Of a stretch of DNA of 64,000 nt, positions 38,701-54,000 are shown in pieces. The position numbers were made by a program, and so were the translations under genes. The stretch is from Macrostomum hystrix (Eukaryota; Animalia; Platyhelminthes): NCBI GenBank assembly GCA_950097015.1, contig CATNEN010000031.1, forward strand, positions 186,001 through 250,000, written 5' to 3'. The notes under the pieces are model-generated. The model ran no database searches. It was not told the DNA's origin and saw nothing but the letters and a program-made list of their open reading frames with translations. The stretch's first letter is position 1, and each line of letters begins with the position of its first letter.

Positions 38701-40113
38701 CCCATCGCCTGATCTCCCATCGCCTAATCTCCCATCGCATCATCTCCCATCGTCTCATCTCCCATCGCCTCATCTCCTATCGCCTGATCTCCCATCGCCT
38801 AATCTCCCATCGCCTCATCTCCCATCGCCTCATCTCCCATCGCCTGATCTCCCATCGCCTCATCTCCCGTCGCCACATCTCCTATCGCCTGATCTCCCAT
38901 CGCCTCATTTCTCATTGCCTCATCTCCCGTCGCCACATCTCCCATCGCCTGATCTCCCATCGCCTGATCTCCCATCGCCTCATCTCCCATCGCCTGATCT
39001 CCCATCGCCTGATCTCCCATCGCCTGATCTCCCATCGCCTCATCTCCCATCGCCTCATCTCCCATCGCTTCATCTCCCATCGCCTCATCTCCCATCGCCT
39101 CATCTTCCATCACCTGATCACCCATCACCTCATCTCCCATCGCCTAATCTCTCATCGCATCATCTCCCATCGCCTAATCTCCCATCGCCTCATCTCCCAT
39201 CGCCTCATCTCCCATCGCCTGATCTCCCATCGCCTCATCTCCCGTCGCCACATCTCCTATCGCCTGATCTCCCATCGCCTCATTTCTCATTGCCTCATCT
39301 CCCGTCGCCACATCTCCCATCGCCTGATCTCCCATCGCCTGATCTCCCATCGCCTCATCTCCCATCGCCTGATCTCCCATCGCCTGATCTCCCATCGCCT
39401 GATCTCCCATCGGCTCATCTCCCGTTGCCTGATCTCCCATCGCCTGATCTCCCATCGCCTGATCTCCCATCGCCTCATCTCCGATCGCCTGATCTCCCAT
39501 CGCCTGATCTCCCATTGCCTTATCTCCCATTGCCTGATCTCAAATCGCCTCAGTTCTTTTCAAATGTTAAAAGGCAAAATAATAATTCACAGTTGAAATT
39601 TCATTGCCTTTAGCGCAAAGGGCAGCCAGTTTTTTAGTAAGTACATTCTTCTCCGCCTACACTGAGAGGCCCGCAAATTTTATCAATTGAATTTTAACCC
39701 AGCCAACTCTGCCCTGCCCATTGTACGCACTTCAATATTGAACAAATCAGACCCCTCAATAGAAATAACTCGCGGCACCCTCTCTCCGCCAATACACAGG
39801 GACAGTTAGAATGTGCGTACGGCCAACTCTCCGCCCCATTTTCAAACCGACTGCCAACCCTCCACTGGAGAGAAAATACACTAAACAGATAGGCACAAAA
39901 TGTTGACGCAACTCATTTAATCGAGGCCAATTTCATCACAGCGGGAAGGACATTTGCCTACTATATACTACTTAATAGCCTTTCTGCTTTTTTGAGGATC
40001 ATAGAATTTGAAATTTCAGAATTAAAATAGCCTATAGCCTGACCAGGAAAATTTCCCATTTTCCCATATAAGTTTCAAAGTTGACTTGTCAGTATTCTAG
40101 GAGGAGATAACCA

Positions 40114-40160
<47 letters not shown>

Positions 40161-43100
40161 ACACGTGAATTTTAGTATATTTAGACGAGCTTAACTCCTC
40201 CTCCGGAGGAGGTTGAGGGGAGAGAACTCCCATCGCCTGATCTCCAATCGCCTGATCTTCCCCCGCCTGATCTCCCACCGTCTCATCTCCTATCCCCTCA
40301 TCTCCCATCGCCTGATCTCCCATCGCCTCATCTCCCATCGCCTGATCTCCTATCGCCTGATCTTACCCCGCCTGATCTCCCACCGTCTCATCTCCCATCG
40401 CCTCATCTCCCATCGCCTCATCTCACGTCGCCACATCTCCCATCGCCTGATCTCCGATCGCCTCATCTCCTATTGCCTCATCTCCCATCGCCTAATCTCC
40501 CATCGCCTCATCTCCCATCGCCTCATCTCCCTTCACCTGATCACCCATCACCTCATCTCCCGTCGCCACATCTCCCATCGCCTGATCTCCCATCGCCTGA
40601 TCTCCCATCGCCTGATCTCCCATCGCCTGATCTCCCATCCCCTCATCTCCCGTCGCCTGATCTCCCATCGCCTTATCTTTCATCGCCTCATCTACCATCG
40701 CCTGATCTCTCATCGCCTGATCTCCCATCCCCTCATCTCCCATCGCCTCATCTCCTATCGCCTGATGTCCCATCGCCTCATCTCCTATTGCCTCATCTCC
40801 CATCGCCTAATCTCCCATCGCCTCATCTCCCATCGCCTCATCTCCCTTCACCTGATCACCCATCACCTCATCTCCCGTCGCCACATCTCCCATCGCCTGA
40901 TCTCCCATCACCTGATCTCCCATCGCCTGATCTCCCATCCCCTCATCTCCCGTCGCCTGATCTCCCATCGCCTCATCTTTCATCGCCTCATATACCATCG
41001 CCTGATCTCCCATCGCTTGATCTCCCATCCCCTCATCTCCCGTCGCCTAATCTCCCATCGCCTGATCTCCCATCCCCTTATCTCCCGTCGCCTGATCTCC
41101 CATCGCCTCATCTCCCATCGCCTGATCTCCTATCCCCTCATCTCCCGTCGCCTGATCTCCCATCGCCTCATCTTTCATCGCCTCATCTCCCATCGCCTCA
41201 TCTCCCATCGCCTCATCTCCCATCGCCTCATCTCCCATCGCCTCATCTCTCATCGCCTAAACTCCCATCGCCTAATCTCCCGTAGCCACATCTCCCGTCG
41301 CCACATATCCTATCGCCTGATCTCCCATCGCCTAATCTCCCATTGCCTCATCTCCCGTCGCCACATCTCGCATTGCCTAATCTCCCATCGCCTCATCTCC
41401 CATCGCCTGATCTCCCATCGCCTCATCTCCCGTCGCCACATCTCCTATCGCCTGATCTCCCATCGCCTCATTTCTCATTGCCTCATCTCCCGTCGCCACA
41501 TCTCCCATCGCCTGATCTCCCATCGCCTGATCTCCTATCGCCTCATCTCCCATCGCCTGATCTCCCATCGCCTGATCTCCCATCGGCTCTTCTCCCGTCG
41601 CCTGATCTCCCATCGCCTCATCTCCCGTCGCCGGATCTCCCATCGCCTGATCTCCCATCGCGTCATCTCCTATCGCCTGATCTCCCATCGCCTGATCTCC
41701 CATCGCGTCATCTCCTATCGCCTGATCCCCCATCGCCTCATTTCTCATTGCCTCATCTCCCGTCGCCTCTTCTCCCATCGCCTGATCTCCCATCGCCTGA
41801 TCTCCCATCGGCTCATCTCCCGTCGCCTGATCTCCCATCGCCTGATCTCCCATCGCCTCATCTCCCATCGCCTGATCTCCCATCGGCTCATCTCCCGTCG
41901 CCTGATCTCCCATCGCCTCATCTCCGATCGCCTGATCTCCCATCGCCTGATCTCCCATCGCCTGATCTCCCATCGCCTCAACTCCCGTCGCCACATCTCC
42001 CATCGCCTGATCTCCCATCGCCTCATCTCCCATCGCCTGATCTCCCATCGCCTCATCTCCCATCGCCTGATCTCCCATTGCCTGATCTCCCATCGCCTCA
42101 TCTCTCATCGCCTAAACTCCCATTGCCTCATCTCCCGTCGCCACATCTCCCATCGCCTCATCTAACCAAAAACTCCTCACCCAATGATGTCTGAAAGTAG
42201 CAATGTGCGTAAACCGCCTTTTGTCCGACTAAACTGTTGAAAACAATTCAAAATTGACCAATTTTTCTTTAGCTACCATGCCCAGAATCTTCAGAATTAA
42301 AATAGACGACAACTTTCGGATAAGATTGAGGGGCTAGAAATCATATCGCGCGAACTCCATCAACTTTAAATTAAACCCCACCCGTTAAAACAGGTGAAGT
42401 CCGAGCCATTAATATTGACGACAGCCAGTTCTCCGGGCCCCGCTCAGTCAGAGGTGCGAATTTCAATAAATAAAATTCAACAGCCCGCCTTCGAGAATAG
42501 GAATGTGTGAAACTGTATTGTGGCGAATTCTCTCTCCTTAGCAATCTCGCCGAGACACTGTACACTCAGCTGAAAGCATTGCAAAAGTATAAAAACTTTA
42601 TTTGCCCTTGGCATCCCCAATTTTCGGAATTTAGCAATGAAATTTATATCTCTGGATTTAGAACTTCAAGTTCTCTCCAGCAGTACAAATTTTATCCACA
42701 AATCTTAAAAAAGCAAAAGAATATTCTCAGTTGAAATTTCTGCAAAAGGCAGCCAGTTTTTTATTAAGTACATTCTTCTCCGCCTACACTGAGAGGCCCG
42801 CAAATTTTAAAATTTATTTTCAACCCAGCCAACTCTGCCCTGCCCATTAAACGCACTTCAATATTGAACAAATCAGACCCCTCAATAGAACTGACTAACG
42901 GCACCCTCTCTCCGCCAATACACAGGGACAGTTAGAATGTGCGTACGGCCACCTCTCCGCCCCATTTTTTTCAAACCGACTGCCAACCCTCCACTGGAGA
43001 GAAAATACACTAAACAGATAGGCACAAAATGTTGACGCAACTCATTTAACCGAGGCCAATTTCATCACAGCGGGAAGGACATTTGCCTACTATATACTAC

Positions 43101-46100
43101 TTAATAGCCTTTCTGCTTTTTTGAGGATCATAGAATTTGAAATTTCAGAATTAAAATAGCCTATAGCCTTCCTCGGAAAATTTCCCATTTTCCCATATAA
43201 GTTTCAACGCTGAGTTGCCAGTATTCTAGGAGGAGATATCGAACTGACACACACACACACACACAGACACACACACAGACAAACAACACGTGAAAATTAG
43301 TATATTTACGAGCTAAACTCCTCCTCCGGAGGAGGTTGAGAGGAGAGAACTCCCATCGCCTGATCTCCCATCGCGTCATCTCCTATCGCCTGATCTCCCA
43401 TCGCCTGATCTCCCATCGCCTCATCTCCCATCGCCTCATCTCCCATCGCCTCATCTCCCATCGCCTCATCTCCCGTCGCCACATCTCCTATCGCCTGATC
43501 TCCCATCGCCTCATTTCTCATTGCCTCATCTCCCGTCGCCACATCTCCCATCGCCTGATCTCCCATCGCCTGATCTCCCATCGCCTCATCTCCCATCGCC
43601 TGATCTCCCATCGCCTAATCTCCCATCGCATCATCTCCCATCGTCTCATCTCCCATCGCCTCATCTCCTATCGCCTGATCTCCCATCGCCTAATCTCCCA
43701 TCGCCTCATCTCCCATCGCCTCATCTCCCATCGCCTGATCTCCCATCGCCTCATCTCCCGTCGCCACATCTCCTATCGCCTGATCTCCCATCGCCTCATT
43801 TCTCATTGCCTCATCTCCCGTCGCCACATCTCCCATCGCCTGATCTCCCATCGCCTGATCTCCCATCGCGTCATCTCCTATCGCCTGATCTCCCATCGCC
43901 TCATCTCCCGTCGCCTGATCTCCCATCGCCTCATCTCCCATCACCTGATCACCCATCACCTCATCTCCCATCGCCTGATCTCCCATCGCGTCATCTCCTA
44001 TCGCCTGATCTCCCATCGCCTGATCTCCCATCGCCTCATCTCCCATCGCCTCATCTCCTATCGCCTGATCTCCCATCGCCTAATCTCCCATCGCCTCATC
44101 TCCCATCGCCTAATCTCCTATCGGCTGATCTCCCATCGGCTGATCTCCCATCGCCTAATCTCCCATCGCCCCATCTCCCATCGCCTAATCTCCCATCGGC
44201 TGATCTCCCATCGCCTCATCTCCAATCGCCTGATCTCCCACCGTCTCATCTCCCATCGCCTCATCTCCCATCGCCTGATCTCCCATCGCCTGATCTCCCA
44301 TCGCCTAATCTCCCTTCGCCTCATCTCCCATCGCGGCTCCTATCGCCTGATCTCAAATCGACTCAGTTCTTTTTAAATGTTAAAAAGCAAAAGCACAATT
44401 CACAGTTGAAATCTCATTGCCTTTAGCGCAAAGGGCAGCCAGTTTTATTAGTAAGTACATTCTTCTCCGCCTACACTGAGAGGCCCGCAAATTTTAAAAT
44501 TTATTTTCAACCCAGCCAACTCTGCCCTGCCCATTGTACGCACTTCAATATTGAACAAATCAGACCCCTCAATAGAAATAACTCGCGGCACCCTCTCTCC
44601 GCCAATACACAGGGACAGTTAGAATGTGCGTACGGCCACCTCTCCGCCCCATTTTCAAACCGACTGCCAACCCTCCACTGGAGAGAAAATACACTAAACA
44701 GATAGGCACAAAATGTTGACGCAACTCATTTAATCGAGGCCAATTTCATCACAGCGGGAAGGACATTTGCCTACTATATACTACTTAATAGCCTTTCTGC
44801 TTTTTTGAGGATCATAGAATTTGAAATTTCAGAATTAAAATAGCCTATAGCCTTCCTCGGAAAATTTCCCATTTTCCCATATAAGTTTCAACGCTGAGTT
44901 GCCAGTATTCTAGGAGGAGATGTCGAACTGACACACACACACACAGACACACACACACACAGACAAACAACACGTGAAAATTAGTATATTTACGAGCTAA
45001 ACTCCTCCTCCGTAGGAGGTTGAGGGGAGAGAACTCCCATCGCCTGATCTCCCATCGCGTCATCTCCTATCGCCTGATCTCCCATCGCCTGATCTCCTAT
45101 CGCCTGATCTCCCATCGCCTGATCTCCCATCGCGTCATCTCCTATCGCCTGATCTCCCATCGCCTAATCTCCCATCGCCTCATCTCCCATCGCCTCATCT
45201 CCCATCGCCTCATCTCCCATCGCCTGATCTCCCATCGCCTCATCTCCCGTCGCCACATCTCCTATCGCCTGACCTCCCATCGCCTGATCTCCCATCGCCT
45301 CATCTCCCATCGCCTGATCTCCCATCGCCTGATCTCCCATCGCGTCATCTCCTATCGCCTGATCTCCCATCGCCTAATCTCCCATCGCCTCATCTCCCAT
45401 CGCCTCATCTCCCATCGCCTCATCTCCCATCGCCTAATCTCCCATCGCATCATCTCCCATCGTCTCATCTCCCATCGCCTCATCTCCTATCGCCTGATCT
45501 CCCATCGCCTCATCTCCCATCGCCTCATCTCCCATCGCCTCATCTCCCATCGCCTGATCTCCCATCGCCTGATCTCCCATCGCCTGATCTCCCATCGCGT
45601 CATCTCCTATCGCCTGATCTCCCATCGCCTGATCTCCTATCGCCTGATCTCCCATCGCCTGATCTCCCATCGCGTCATCTCCTATCGCCTGATCTCCCAT
45701 CGCCTAATCTCCCATCGCCTCATCTCCCATCGCCTCATCTCCCATCGCCTCATCTCCCATCGCCTAATCTCCCATCGCATCATCTCCCATCGTCTCATCT
45801 CCCATCGCCTCATCTCCTATCGCCTGATCTCCCATCGCCTCATCTCCCATCGCCTCATCTCCCATCGCCTAATCTCCCATCGCCTCATCTCCCATCGCCT
45901 GATCTCCCATCGCCTCATCTCCCATCGCCTCATCTCCCATCGCCTCATCTCCCATCGCCTGATCTCCCATCGCCTCATCTCCCATCGCCTGATCTCCTAT
46001 CGCCTCATCTCCCATCGCCTCATTTCTCATTGCCTCATCTCCCGTCGCCACATCTCCCATCGCCTGATCTCCCATCGCCTGATCTCCCATCGCCTCATCT

Positions 46101-49100
46101 CCCATCGCCTCATCTCCCATCGCCTCATCTCCCATCGCCTCATCTCCCATCGCTTCATCTCCCATCGCCTCATTTCCCATCGCCTCATCTTCCATCACCT
46201 GATCACCCATCACCTCATCTCCCATCGCCTAATCTCTCATCGCATCATCTCCCATCGTCTCATCTCCCATCGCCTCATCTCCTATCGCCTGATCTCCCAT
46301 CGCCTAATCTCCCATCGCCTCATCTCCCATCGCCTCATCTCCCATCGCCTGATCTCCCATCGCCTCATCTCCCGTCGCCACATCTCCTATCGCCTGATCT
46401 CCCATCGCCTCATTTCTCATTGCCTCATCTCCCGTCGCCACATCTCCCATCGCCTGATCTCCCATCGCCTGATCTCCCATCGCCTCATCTCCCATCGCCT
46501 GATCTCCCATCGCCTGATCTCCCATCGCCTGATCTCCCATCGGCTCATCTCCCGTTGCCTGATCTCCCATCGCCTGATCTCCCATCGCCTGATCTCCCAT
46601 CGCCTCATCTCCGATCGCCTGATCTCCCATCGCCTGATCTCCCATTGCCTGATCTCCCATTGCCTGATCTCAAATCGCCTCAGTTCTTTTCAAATGTTAA
46701 AAAGCAAAATAATAATTCACAGTTGAAATTTCATTGCCTTTAGCGCAAAGGGCAGCCAGTTTTTTAGTAAGTACATTCTTCTCCGCCTACACTGAGAGGC
46801 CCGCAAATTTTATCAATTGAATTTTAACCCAGCCAACTCTGCCCTGCCCATTGTACGCACTTCAATATTGAACAAATCAGACCCCTCAATAGAAAAAACT
46901 CGCGGCACCCTCTCTCCGCCAATACACAGGGACAGTTAGAATGTGCGTACGGCCAACTCTCCGCCCCATTTTCAAACCGACTGCCAACCCTCCACTGGAG
47001 AGAAAATACACTAAACAGATAGGCACAAAATGTTGACGCAACTCATTTAATCGAGGCCAATTTCATCACAGCGGGAAGGACATTTGCCTACTATATACTA
47101 CTTAATAGCCTTTCTGCTTTTTTGAGGATCATAGAATTTGAAATTTCAGAATTAAAATAGCCTATAGCCTTCCTCGGAAAATTTCCCATTTTCCCATATA
47201 AGTTTCAACGCTGAGTTGCCAGTATTCTAGGAGGAGATGTCGAACTGACACACACACACACACACAGACACACACACAGACAAACAACACGTGAAAATTA
47301 GTATATTTACGAGCTAAACTCCTCCTCCGGAGGAGGTTGAGGGGAGAGAACTCCCATCGCCTGATCTCCAATCGCCTGATCTTCCCCCGCCTGATCTCCC
47401 ATCGCCTCATCTCCCATCGCCTCATCTCCCATCGCCTCATCTCCCATCGCCTCATCTCCCATCGCCTCATCTCCCGTCGCCTGATCTCCCATCGCCTAAT
47501 CTCCCATTGCCTCATCTCCCGTCGCCACATCTCCCATCGCCTGATTTCCCATCGCCTCATCTCCCATTGCCTCATCTCCCATCGCCTCATCTCCCATCGC
47601 CTGATTTCCCATCGCCTGATCTCCCATCGGCTGATCTCCCATCGCCTCATCTCCAATCGCCTGATCTCCAATCGCCTGATCTCCCATCGCCTAATCTCCC
47701 ATCGCCTCATCTCCCATCGCCTAATCTCCCATCGCCTAATCTCCCATCGCCTGATCTCCCATTGCCTGATCTCCCCTCGTCTCATCTCCCATCGCCTCAT
47801 CTCCCATCGCCTCATCTCCCTTCACCTGATCACCCATCACCTCATCTCCAGTCGCCACATCTCCCATCGCCTGATCTCCCATCGCCTGATCTCCCATCGC
47901 CTGATCTCCCATCCCCTCATCTCCCGTCGCCTGATCTCCCATCGCCTGATCTCCCATCGCCTGATCTCCCATCCCCTCATCTCCCGTCGCCTGATCTCCC
48001 ATCGCCTCATCTTTCATCGCCTCATCTACCATCGCCTGATCTCCCATCGCCTGATCTCCCATCCCCTCATCTCCCATCGCCTCATCTCCCATCGCCTGAT
48101 CTCCTATCCCCTCATCTCCCGTCGCCTGATCTCCCATCGCGTCATCTTTCATCGCCTCATCTCTCATCGCCTCATCTCCCATCGCCTCATCTCCCATCGC
48201 CTCATCTCTCATCGCCTAAACTCCCATTGCCTCATCTCCCGTCGCCACATCTCCCATCGCCTCATCTAACCAAAAACTCCTCACCCAATGATGTCTGGAA
48301 GTAGCAATGTGCGTAAACCGCCTTTTGTCCGACTAAACTGTTGAAAACAATTCAAAATTGACCAATTTTTCTTTAGCTACCATGCCCAGAATCTTCAGAA
48401 TTAAAATAGACGACAACTTTCGGATAAGATTGAGGGGCTAGAAATCATATCGCGCGAACTCCATCAACTTTAAATTAAACCCCACCCGTTAAAACAGATT
48501 AAGTCCGAGCCATTAATATTGACGACAGCCAGTTCTCCGGGCCCCGCTCAGTCAGAGGTGCGAATTTCAATAAATAAAATTCAACAGCCCGCCTTCGAGA
48601 ATAGGAATGTGTGAAACTGTATTGTGGCGAATTCTCTCTCCTTAGCAATCTCGCCGAGACACTGTACACTCAGCTGAAAGCATTGCAAAAGTATAAAAAC
48701 TTTATTTGCGCTTGGCATCCCCAATTTTCGGAATTCAGCAATGAAATTTATATCTCTGGATTTAGAACTTCAAGTTCTCTCCAGCAGTACAAATTTTATC
48801 CACAAATCTTAAAAAAGCAAAATAATAATTCTCAGTTGAAATTTCTGCAAAAGGCAGCCAGTTTAGTAAGCACATTCTTCTCCGCCTACACTGAGAGGCC
48901 CGCAAATTTTATCAATTGAATTTTAACCCAGCCAACTCTGCCCTGCCCATTGTACGCACTTCAATATTGAACAAATCAGACCCCTCAATAGAACTGACTA
49001 ACGGCACCCTCTCTCCGCCAATACACAGAGGCAGTTAGAATGTGCGTACGGCCACCTCTCCGCCCCATTTTTTTTCAAACCGACTGCCAACCCTCCACTG

Positions 49101-51039
49101 GAGAGAAAATACACTAAACAGATAGGCACAAAATGTTGACGCAACTCATTTAACCGAGGCCAATTTCATCACAGCGGGAAGGACATTTGCCTACTATATA
49201 CTACTTAATAGCCTTTCTGCTTTTTTGAGGATCATAGAATTTGAAATTTCAGAATTAAAATAGCCTATAGCCTTCCTCGGAAAATTTCCCATTTTCCCAT
49301 ATAAGTTTCAACGCTGAGTTGCCAGTATTCTAGGAGGAGATGTCGAACTGACACACACACACACACACAGACACACACACAGACAAACAACACGTGAAAA
49401 TTAGTATATTTAGAGACGAGCTAAACTCCTCCTCCGGAGGAGGTTGAGGGGAGAGAACTCCCATCGCCACATCTCCCATCGCCACATCTCCCATCGCCAC
49501 ATCTCCCATCGCCATCGCCTGATTTCCCATCGCCTCATCTCCCATCGCCTCATCTCCCATTGCCTCATCTCCCATCGCCTCATCTCCCATCGCCTCATCT
49601 CCCATCGCCTCATCTCCCATCGCCTAATCTCCCATCGCCTCATCTCCCATCGCCTAATCTCCCATCGCCTAATCTCCCATCGCCTGATCTCCCATTGCCT
49701 GATCTCCCATCGCCTCATCTCCCATCGCCTAATCTCCCATCGGCTGATCTCCCATCGGCTGATCTCCCATCGCCTCATCTCCAATCGCCTGATCTCCCAT
49801 CGCCTCATCTCCCATCGCCTCATCTCCCATCGCCTCGTCTCCCATCGCCTCATCTCCCATCGCCTCATCTCCCATCGTCTCATCTCCCATCGCCTCATCT
49901 CCCATCGCCTAATCTCCCATCGCCTCATCTCCCATCGCCTAATCTCCCATCGCCTAATCTCACATCGCCACATCTCCCATCGCCACATCTCCCATCGCCA
50001 TCGCCTGATTTCCCATCGCCTCATCTCCCATCGCCTCATCTCCCATCGCCTAATCTCCCATCGCCTCATCTCCCATCGCCTCATCTCCCATCGCCTAATC
50101 TCCCATCGCCTCATCTCCCATCGCCTCATCTCCCATCGCCTCATCTCCCATCGCCTCATCTCCCATCGCCTCATCTCCCATCGCCTCATCTCCCATCGCC
50201 TCATCTCCCATCGCCTCATCTCCCATCGCCTAATCTCCCATCGCCTCATCTCCCATCGCCTAATCTCCCATCGCCTAATCTCCCATCGCCTAATCTCCCA
50301 TCGGCTCATCTCCCATCGCCTCGTCTCCCATCGCCTCATCTCCCATCGCCTCATCTCCCATCGCCACATCTCCCATCGCCATCGCCTGATTTCCCATCGC
50401 CTCATCTCCCATCGCCTGATCTCCCATCGCCTCATCTCCCATCGCGGCTCCGATCGCCTGATCTCAAATCGACTCGGTTCTTTTCAAATGATAAGAGCAA
50501 AAGCACAATTCACAGCTGAAATTTCATTGCCTTTAGCGCAAAGGGCAGCCAGTTTTTTTAGTAAGTACATTCTTCTCCGCCTACACTGAGAGGCCCGCAA
50601 ATTAAAAAATTATATTTTAACCCAGCCAACTCTGCCCTGCCCATTGTACGCACTTCAATATTGAACAAATCAGACCCCTCAATAGAAATAAATCGCGGCA
50701 CCCTCTCTCCGCCAATACACAGGGACAGTTAGAATGTGCGTACGGCCACCTCTCCGCCCCATTTTCAAACCGACTGCCAACCCTCCACTGGAGAGAAAAT
50801 ACACTAAACAGATAGGCACAAAATGTTGACGCAACTCATTTAATCGAGGCCAATTTCATCACAGCGGGAAGGACATTTGCCTACTATATACTACTTAATA
50901 GCCTTTCTGCTTTTTTGAGGATCATAGAATTTGAAATTTCAGAATTAAAATAGCCTATAGCCTTCCTCGGAAAATTTCCCATTTTCCCATATAAGTTTCA
51001 ACGCTGAGTTGCCAGTATTCTAGGAGGAGATGTCGAACT

Positions 51040-51083
<44 letters not shown>

Positions 51084-54000
51084 ACACGTGAAAATTAGTA
51101 TATTTACGAGCTAAACTCCTCCTCCGGAGGAGGTTGAGGGGAGAGAACTCCCATCGCCTCATCTCCCATCGCCTCGTCTCCCATCGTCTCATCTCCCATC
51201 GCCTGATCTCCCATCGCCTAATCACCCTTTGCCTCATCTCCCATCACCTGATCACCAATCGCCTCATCTCCTATCGCCTGATCTCCCATCGCCTAATCTC
51301 CCATCGCGCCACATCTCCCATCGCCACATCTCCCATCGCCTCATCTCCCATCGCCTCGTCTCCCATCGTCTCATCTCCCATCGCCTCATCTTTCATCGCC
51401 TCATCTCTCATCGCCTGATCTCCCATCGCCACATCTCCCATCGCCTCATCTCCCATCGCCTCGTCTCCCATCGCCTCATCTCCCATCGCCTGATCTCCCA
51501 TCGCCTCATCTCACGTCGCCACATCTCCCATCGCCTCATCTCCCGTCGCCTGATCTCCTATCGCCTGATCTCCTATCGCCTGATCTCCAATCGCCTGATC
51601 TTACCCCGCCTGATCTCCCACCGTCTCATCTCCCATCGCCTCATCTCCCATCGCCTCATCTCCCATCGCCTAATCTCCCATCGCCTGATCTCCCATCGCC
51701 TCATCTCCCATCGGCTGATCTCCCATCGGCTGATCTCCCATCGCCTCATCTCCAATCGCCTGATCTCCCATCGCCTAATCTCCCGTCGCCTGATCTCCCA
51801 TCGCCTAATCTCCCATCGCCTAATTTCCCATCGCCTGATCTCCCATTGCCTGATCTCCCATCGCCTCATCTCCCATCGCCTAATCTCCCATCGCCTGATC
51901 TCCCATCGCCTAATCTCCCGTCGCCTGATCTCCCATCGCCTAATCTCCCATCGCCTAATTTCCCATCGCCTAATCTCCCATCGCCTCATCTCCCATCGCG
52001 GCTCCGATCGCCTGATCTCAAATCGAGTCAGTTCTTTTCAAATGTTAAAAAGCAAAAGCACAATTCACAGTTGAAATTTCATTGCCTTTAGCGCAAAGGG
52101 CAGCCAGTTTTTTAGTAATAAGTACATTCTTCTCCGCCTACACTGAGAGGCCCGCAAATTTTAAAATTATATTTTAACCCAGCCAACTCTGCCCTGCCCA
52201 TTGTACGCACTTCAATATTGAACAAATCAGACCCCTCAATAGAAATAACTCGCGGCACCCTCTCTCCGCCAATACACAGGGACAGTTAGAATGTGCGTAC
52301 GGCCACCTCTCCGCCCCATTTTCAAACCGACTGCCAACCCTCCACTGGAGAGAAAATACACTAAACAGATAGGCCGAAATGATAGCGCAACCACTTTAAC
52401 CGACTCCAGTTTTCTCAGCTCAAAAGAAAAAAGTGTCCAGAGAAGGTTATGAAATCATTTTTCTGCTTTTTTGAGGATCTTAGAATTTGAAATTTCAGAA
52501 TTAAAATAGCCTATAGCCTTCCTCGGAAAATTTCCCATTTTCCGATATAAGTTTCAACGCTGAGTTGCCAGTATTCTAGGAGGAGATGTCGAACTGACAC
52601 ACACACACACAGACAAACAACACGTGAAAATTAGTATATTTACGAGCTAAACTCCTCCTCCGGAGGAGGTTGAGGGGAGAGAACTCCCATCGCCACATCT
52701 CCCATCGCCACATCTCCCATCGCCATCGCCTGATTTCCCATCGCCTCATCTCCCATCGCCTCATCTCCCATTGCCTCATCTCCCATCGCCTCATCTCCCA
52801 TCGCCTCATCTCCCATCGCCTCATCTCCCATCGCCTAATCTCCCATCGCCTCATCTCCCATCGCCTAATCTCCCATCGCCTAATCTCCCATCGCCTGATC
52901 TCCCATTGCCTGATCTCCCATCGCCTCATCTCCCATCGCCTAATCTCCCATCGGCTGATCTCCCATCGGCTGATCTCCCATCGCCTCATCTCCAATCGCC
53001 TGATCTCCCATCGCCTAATCTCCCATCGGCTGATCTCCCATCGCCTCATCTCCCATCGCCTAATCTCCCATCGCCTGATCTCCTATCGCCTAATCTCCCA
53101 TCGCCACATCTCCCATCGCCACATCTCCCATCGCCTCATCTCCCATCGCCTCGTCTCCCATCGCCTCATCTCCCATCGCCTCATCTCCCATCGTCTCATC
53201 TCCCATCGCCTCATCTCCCATCGCCTAATCTCCCATCGCCTCATCTCCCATCGCCTAATCTCCCATCGCCTAATCTCACATCGCCACATCTCCCATCGCC
53301 ATCGCCTGATTTCCCATCGCCTCATCTCCCATCGCCTCATCTCCCATCGCCTAATCTCCCATCGCCTCATCTCCCATCGCCTCATCTCCCATCGCCTAAT
53401 CTCCCATCGCCTCATCTCCCATCGCCTCATCTCCCATCGCCTCATCTCCCATCGCCTCATCTCCCATCGCCTCATCTCCCATCGCCTCATCTCCCATCGC
53501 CTGATCTCCCATTGCCTGATCTCCCATCGCCTCATCTCCCGTCGCCTGATCTCCCATCGCCTCATCTCCCATCACCTGATCACCCATCACCTCATCTCCC
53601 ATCGCCTAATCTCCCATCGCATCATCTCCCATCGTCTCATCTCCCATCGCCTCATCTCCTATCGCCTGATCTCCCATCGCCTAATCTCCCATCGCCTCAT
53701 CTCCCATCGCCTCATCTCCCATCGCCTGATCTCCCATCGCCTCATCTCCCGTCGCCACATCTCCTATCGCCTGATCTCCTATCGCCTCATTTCTCATTGC
53801 CTCATCTCCCGTCGCCACATCTCCCATCGCCTGATCTCCCATCGCCTGATCTCCCATCGCCTCATCTCCCATCGCCTGATCTCCCATCGCCTGATCTCCC
53901 ATCGCCTGATCTCCCATCGCCTCATCTCCCATCGCCTCATCTCCCATCGCTTCATCTCCCATCGCCTCATCTCCCATCGCCTCATCTTCCATCACCTGAT